A stretch of DNA of 64,000 bases from a virus (Duplodnaviria > Caudoviricetes), in the IMG/VR virus record IMGVR_UViG_3300035515_000417, positions 1 through 64,000 of that record, one strand, 5' to 3'. Both the position numbers and the translations under genes were made by a program. Below, one piece after another: positions 59,758 through 64,000 of this stretch; position 1 is the stretch's first letter, and every line of letters begins with the position of its first letter. Under the pieces are notes generated by a model. The model had not been told where the DNA came from and ran no database searches. It worked only from the letters and a program-made list of their open reading frames with translations.

Positions 59758-62067
59758 ATGGAGACAAACTTAGAGTTAGGTAAAGCGTTGAATGAGTTTA
59801 TGTTACCATTTGCAAAGTATTCTATCATTGATAGGGCAATATCTAGGATAGATGGTTTAAAGCCAGTACAGCGTCGTGTAATATATACAATGCATAATAA
59901 GGGGTTGGACAAGCCAAGTGCAGCTAAGGTCAAGAGTGCTAAAGTAGTAGGTGATGTAATGGGTAAATATCATCCACATGGTGACTCATCTATTTATGAG
60001 GCTATGGTGACAATGTCAGATAATCATGAGGGATATAATATACCTTATATAGCTGCTAAAGGAAACTGGGGAAAGAAATACTCAAGCAATATTCAAGAAG
60101 CAGCTTACAGATATACAGAGGCGGCTTTAACTCCAATATGTGCAGAGTTCTTTGATGGTATAAAAGAAAATGCAGTAGATTTTGTACCTAACTATGATAA
60201 TACAGAGGAAGAGCCAGTAGTGCTTCCAGTAAAATTTCCTAGCATATTGGTAAATCCAAATGCAGGTATAGCTGTTGGAACCAGTTCAAACTTACCAAGT
60301 TTCAGACTCGAGAATGTATGTAAGGCTACCCAGGGAATTATAACTGGTGAAATTAAAGATGTGAATAAGCTTGCTGAAGTGTTAGGTGCACCAGAGTTTA
60401 CCACTGGAGGATATTTACACGCTAGCAATGAATCTTTAGCAAAGTTGTGTAAAACAGGTAAAGGTTCATTTGTAATCAGTGGTAGAGCTGTATTGTACAG
60501 TAGTAAAATTGTAATAGAGGAAATTCCATATAACACGACAGCTGAGGCAGTAATTGAGTCAATCACAAATGCAGTATCAGAAGGAACTTTGAAAGGTGTA
60601 TCAGATGTTCATAATCAGATTGACATTCATGGTTTCAGAATTACAGTAGAACTTAAAAAGGGCATGGACCCCAGAGCTATACTTAAAGAGTTATATAGAC
60701 TTACACCATTAAGAAGTACAATATCATTTAGAACCAGAGTAATAGTAAATGATAGGTGTGAAGAAATTGGTTTATTAACACTGTTGGATGAGTGGATAAA
60801 GTTTAGAGTTTCTTGTATACGTAGAACCTATGAGTTTAGGTCAAAGAAAATGGCTGAAAGGGAACACCTATTAACAGCTTGGGAATTAATTATAGCAGAT
60901 TTACCAACAGTAGTGCACATGATAGCTAGTAATACAGAAGATGTTGCAAGAGCTACATTACAGACAAAGTATAAGTTAGATGAATTACAGTGTGATTATC
61001 TGTTAGACATGCCTATTAAAAGAATTACAAAAGATAGAGCAGAGAAGTCTATTAAAGAATTAAAAGAAATCAGAGAGGAAATTAAGAGATTACTTGCTAT
61101 AGTAAACTCTGACAATGAGATAAAGAAGATAATCGTTACAGAATTGACAGAGATAAGTAATAAGTACAGCAAAGAAGGAAAAGTAACTCTTGTAGAGGAA
61201 CTAAGACCTGAGGATAATAAGCCACAGGCAGTACAGATTACAGATGAAGTAGTAGCTATCATTTATACAAAGAATGGTTTCATTAAGAGATTATCAAGTA
61301 ACAGTCAAAGATGGCTTGATACTTATGAAACAGATGATGACTATGAGGTATCAAGGTGGACAATGAAAAATAATCAACACTTGTTAGTATTTGATAGGTT
61401 TGGATATGTTCATAAGATATTAGCAGATGATATAGATGCAGGACGTGGAAGATTAGTAGAAGAACTTCATAAAAAGGCTGGACTTGAAAAGAAATCAGAT
61501 ATAATATGGGCAGATGCAGCTGGTGATTATTCAGGATACTTTAACTTAATGACTCCATTTGGTAAAGGTTTAAGAGTATACTATGATGAGGCTAAGCCAG
61601 AGGGAAAGAGAGTAAAGTACAGATTAAATTATGATGAGTTACAGCCTGGTTCATTCTTTACCACTAGGGAAGATAAGTTCTTCATGATAACAAAAAAGAA
61701 TAAAGCAGTATATAGAGATATTACAAATTTAGGTTTAATATCAAGGCGTACAGCTTTCAATGTGGCACGAGTAAATTCAGGTGACCAATTTGTAAGATTA
61801 CAGCCACTTGGTAAAGTTCCAGTATTAGAAGCTATTGATATAAACAGATATATTAGAGAATATACAGTTGCAATTGGTGATGATATACTGTGGATACCAG
61901 ATGAAGAGCTGACAAAACTTAGAATCCAGCAGAGAGTAGCTAGAGAGAACTATGAAAGAGAACAGAGAGAAAAAGAAGAAGCTGAGAGGCAGGCTAAGTT
62001 GGCTGATAACGTAGAAGGTGGAGAGGAAATAGCACAGGAAGATGTGCAAGACCTTGATACAGTTTAA
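59758..62067 (+). CDS. gyrA: Type IIA topoisomerase subunit A (GyrA/ParC)
   Basis: DGLKPVQRR, KSAKVVGDVMGKYHPHGDSSIY, catalytic AAYRYTEA, LPVKFPSILVN; divergent CTD without a recognisable GyrA-box. Confidence 0.93.
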   Translation: METNLELGKALNEFMLPFAKYSIIDRAISRIDGLKPVQRRVIYTMHNKGLDKPSAAKVKSAKVVGDVMGKYHPHGDSSIYEAMVTMSDNHEGYNIPYIAAKGNWGKKYSSNIQEAAYRYTEAALTPICAEFFDGIKENAVDFVPNYDNTEEEPVVLPVKFPSILVNPNAGIAVGTSSNLPSFRLENVCKATQGIITGEIKDVNKLAEVLGAPEFTTGGYLHASNESLAKLCKTGKGSFVISGRAVLYSSKIVIEEIPYNTTAEAVIESITNAVSEGTLKGVSDVHNQIDIHGFRITVELKKGMDPRAILKELYRLTPLRSTISFRTRVIVNDRCEEIGLLTLLDEWIKFRVSCIRRTYEFRSKKMAEREHLLTAWELIIADLPTVVHMIASNTEDVARATLQTKYKLDELQCDYLLDMPIKRITKDRAEKSIKELKEIREEIKRLLAIVNSDNEIKKIIVTELTEISNKYSKEGKVTLVEELRPEDNKPQAVQITDEVVAIIYTKNGFIKRLSSNSQRWLDTYETDDDYEVSRWTMKNNQHLLVFDRFGYVHKILADDIDAGRGRLVEELHKKAGLEKKSDIIWADAAGDYSGYFNLMTPFGKGLRVYYDEAKPEGKRVKYRLNYDELQPGSFFTTREDKFFMITKKNKAVYRDITNLGLISRRTAFNVARVNSGDQFVRLQPLGKVPVLEAIDINRYIREYTVAIGDDILWIPDEELTKLRIQQRVARENYEREQREKEEAERQAKLADNVEGGEEIAQEDVQDLDTV

Positions 62068-62156
62068 AGTATGCAGAGAGTGACAGTAAATAAAGGCGTG
62101 CAGAGAAAGTTAAACTAGTAGGAAAATTAAAAGAACAAACATAAGGAGACATAAGC

Positions 62157-63734
62157 ATGTGGGATAGAGTAAATATACCACTTGGAGTAGAAAGTTCTAT
62201 AAGAAATATATTTAGTGCTCTGTTAGTTGGTGGAATAGATACAAACGACCCAAATAATGTACAATTGCTACAAGACAAAGTAACAATTGCTAAGATAGCA
62301 AGAGCAAGATTCACAGCAGAATTTGCATTTAATATATTTTATAACAATTATGCTATATTTTATGAAATACTGAATACTTTACAAGTTAAGGTATTCAGTG
62401 TGGAACAGCTGAAATCTATATTGGAAACAAATAGGGACTTGGTTCTTGATAGTCCATACATAGATAAAGCAAGATATAGTACCACAGAGACTGGTAACAT
62501 TGCTAGTGATGATGACATATTAAATGCAATAACAGCTTCATTAGAGGAAGACTTGGTAGAACTGTCAAATGTATTTGTAACAGAGGAACAATTTACTTCT
62601 GCTTGTAATATATACAAAGAGTGGTACAAGAAGGCTTTTGCAGAGTTTACTGCCTTGAACATGTCATCAATAATGTCAGACATAGGGTTTGATTGTAAGA
62701 AGCCCAATAGAAGGACAAGACACTATCAGGGTTTAAGTGACATGATGGAGTACTACAATGAAAATATAAAGATTATAAGGTCATTATCTGATGAGAACAG
62801 AATAAAAAGTACAGTGCTAGATGAAAAATGGTTATATGACCAGTTAAAAAATGAAACTACAAAGGATAAAAATGGATTATTTACCATTGGAATCAAGGAA
62901 ATGGACAGAACAATTGGTGAGTTACGTAGAGGAAATATATTAGGTGTCCTTGGACCACCAAAGGGTGGAAAAACAAGATTTACAAATTACCTTGTACAAA
63001 GAGCATTAAGCCTTGGATATAATGTATGTGTCTGGCCTCTTGAGGGTACACGAGAAGAATGGGAATCCACACAGATATCCTGTTTAATAGCCCAAAACTC
63101 ATACAATACCATGCGAAGAAAAGGCAAGAAAGATGGTATGATAAGAATTTCAAGCAAGGATATATTACAAAAGAAATACTTGAGTTCACCAGAGTTAAGA
63201 AAACAAGTAGCAGGTGCAAAAACTATAATGGCAACTAGTCCAGAATATGGAACATTAAGTTTTATAGATGGAACAGCTTATGTAGAGGACTTTATAGATG
63301 TATTAGAGAATCATTGGGAAACAGAAAATCCATTTGATGTATTGGTAATTGACCAGTTGATAAATGTAATGTCACATAAACCAATGAGTAGACCAGAGAA
63401 AATATCTGAAGCATACATTACATTAAAGGACTTCTTGGCAAATAGGCTTAAAATACCTGCTCTTGGAATAATGCCAGCTCAGCTAAAACAGACGGTCGTT
63501 GATTATATGAGGTCACATCCAGACGATACCATAGATGTTACTGCCGGAGGAGAGTCATCGGAAACGATTAGAACACCAGATGAGAGCATCGGACTCTTCA
63601 GTAGTAAGGAAGAGCGTGATAATAATATGATGAAGATTTATAGTGTGGCTTCAAGACATAATGGCTCTTTCCAAGATTTTCAATGTAAATGTTACTTAGA
63701 GTGTTGTTTCTTTACAAGTGCAGATGATGAATAA
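62157..63734 (+). CDS. dnaB: DnaB-like replicative helicase
   Basis: TIGIKEMDRTIGELRRG, Walker A LGPPKGGKT, WPLEG, LVIDQL, AQL. Confidence 0.8.
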   Translation: MWDRVNIPLGVESSIRNIFSALLVGGIDTNDPNNVQLLQDKVTIAKIARARFTAEFAFNIFYNNYAIFYEILNTLQVKVFSVEQLKSILETNRDLVLDSPYIDKARYSTTETGNIASDDDILNAITASLEEDLVELSNVFVTEEQFTSACNIYKEWYKKAFAEFTALNMSSIMSDIGFDCKKPNRRTRHYQGLSDMMEYYNENIKIIRSLSDENRIKSTVLDEKWLYDQLKNETTKDKNGLFTIGIKEMDRTIGELRRGNILGVLGPPKGGKTRFTNYLVQRALSLGYNVCVWPLEGTREEWESTQISCLIAQNSYNTMRRKGKKDGMIRISSKDILQKKYLSSPELRKQVAGAKTIMATSPEYGTLSFIDGTAYVEDFIDVLENHWETENPFDVLVIDQLINVMSHKPMSRPEKISEAYITLKDFLANRLKIPALGIMPAQLKQTVVDYMRSHPDDTIDVTAGGESSETIRTPDESIGLFSSKEERDNNMMKIYSVASRHNGSFQDFQCKCYLECCFFTSADDE

Positions 63735-63750
63735 CATTTGTAAATAATAA

Positions 63751-63786
63751 GTAATAGCAGTGATGAAACAATGACACTGCTATTAC
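63751..63786 (+). other. Perfect 12-bp inverted repeat after dnaB
   Basis: GTAATAGCAGTG-12 nt-CACTGCTATTAC, no U-tract. Confidence 0.6.
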
Positions 63787-63834
63787 AATATAAAATATAG
63801 GATTAGCAATTAAGAAAGGTGGTATAACATTGAC

Positions 63835-64000
63835 ATGAAACCAATGCCAAAAGAATTAAGAGATATGTTATGTGAGTTCTTCATTTGTGAAATAGGAGCT
63901 TCTGCAATGGATGGAGTCACATATACCATGATAATAAAAGATGAGAACAATAAGAAATCAATGGCAAACATAGAGAGATATAAGCAAATTAAGACAGAGG
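63835..64000 (+). CDS. Partial CDS running off the window
   Basis: ATG 63835, MKPMPKELRDMLCEFF..., upstream GAAAGGTGG; open to the end. Confidence 0.55.
   Translation, partial: MKPMPKELRDMLCEFFICEIGASAMDGVTYTMIIKDENNKKSMANIERYKQIKTE

Noticed and set aside
168-63219. Numerous minus-strand and nested ORFs in the track
   Set aside because: They overlap longer + strand genes that have RBSs, have shadow-like composition (Ser/Leu/Phe- or His-rich) and lack their own RBSs
1-64000. Stop-codon reassignment as in some large gut phages
   Set aside because: Standard-code ORFs tile the window densely; TAG, TAA and TGA all end genes directly followed by RBS-led genes
1-64000. Phage structural genes, tRNAs, rRNA, transposases, integrase
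   Set aside because: No motifs or structures recognised; highly divergent versions cannot be excluded without profile searches

Overview
AT-rich window in which every credible gene lies on the + strand, with Firmicute-type RBSs (AGGAG/GAAAGG) and sigma-A promoters. It looks like part of a very large extrachromosomal element (conjugative megaplasmid or jumbo phage-plasmid) of a Clostridia/Lachnospiraceae-like host; that assignment is inference. Three blocks: (1) 1-19.3 kb: XRE regulator, orphan and membrane proteins, an acidic repeat protein, an ArdC-like protein, an orphan gene behind three tandem promoters, and DNA Pol III gamma/tau. (2) 19.5-51.5 kb: a divergent conjugation-like (T4SS) cluster with three paralogous pilin-like membrane proteins, a HU-like protein, a YdjM-like hydrolase, a dual-anchored lipoprotein, a 1669-aa polytopic protein, a PrgI/VirB3-like protein, a CpaE/TadZ-like ATPase, a VirB4 ATPase, an FtsK-type motor, two Hef-like endonucleases, lipoproteins and an SNF2 helicase. 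(3) 51.5-64 kb: replication genes (DnaC-like loader, type IIA topoisomerase B and A subunits, DnaB helicase). Non-coding signals: a recurrent AGCA-N15-TATAWT promoter-like motif before replication genes, three LexA-type boxes in the longest intergenic gap, many large-loop hairpins, and apparent GATC avoidance. No capsid, terminase, tRNA, rRNA, CRISPR or transposase was recognised. All family calls come from motif recognition by eye, not database searches.
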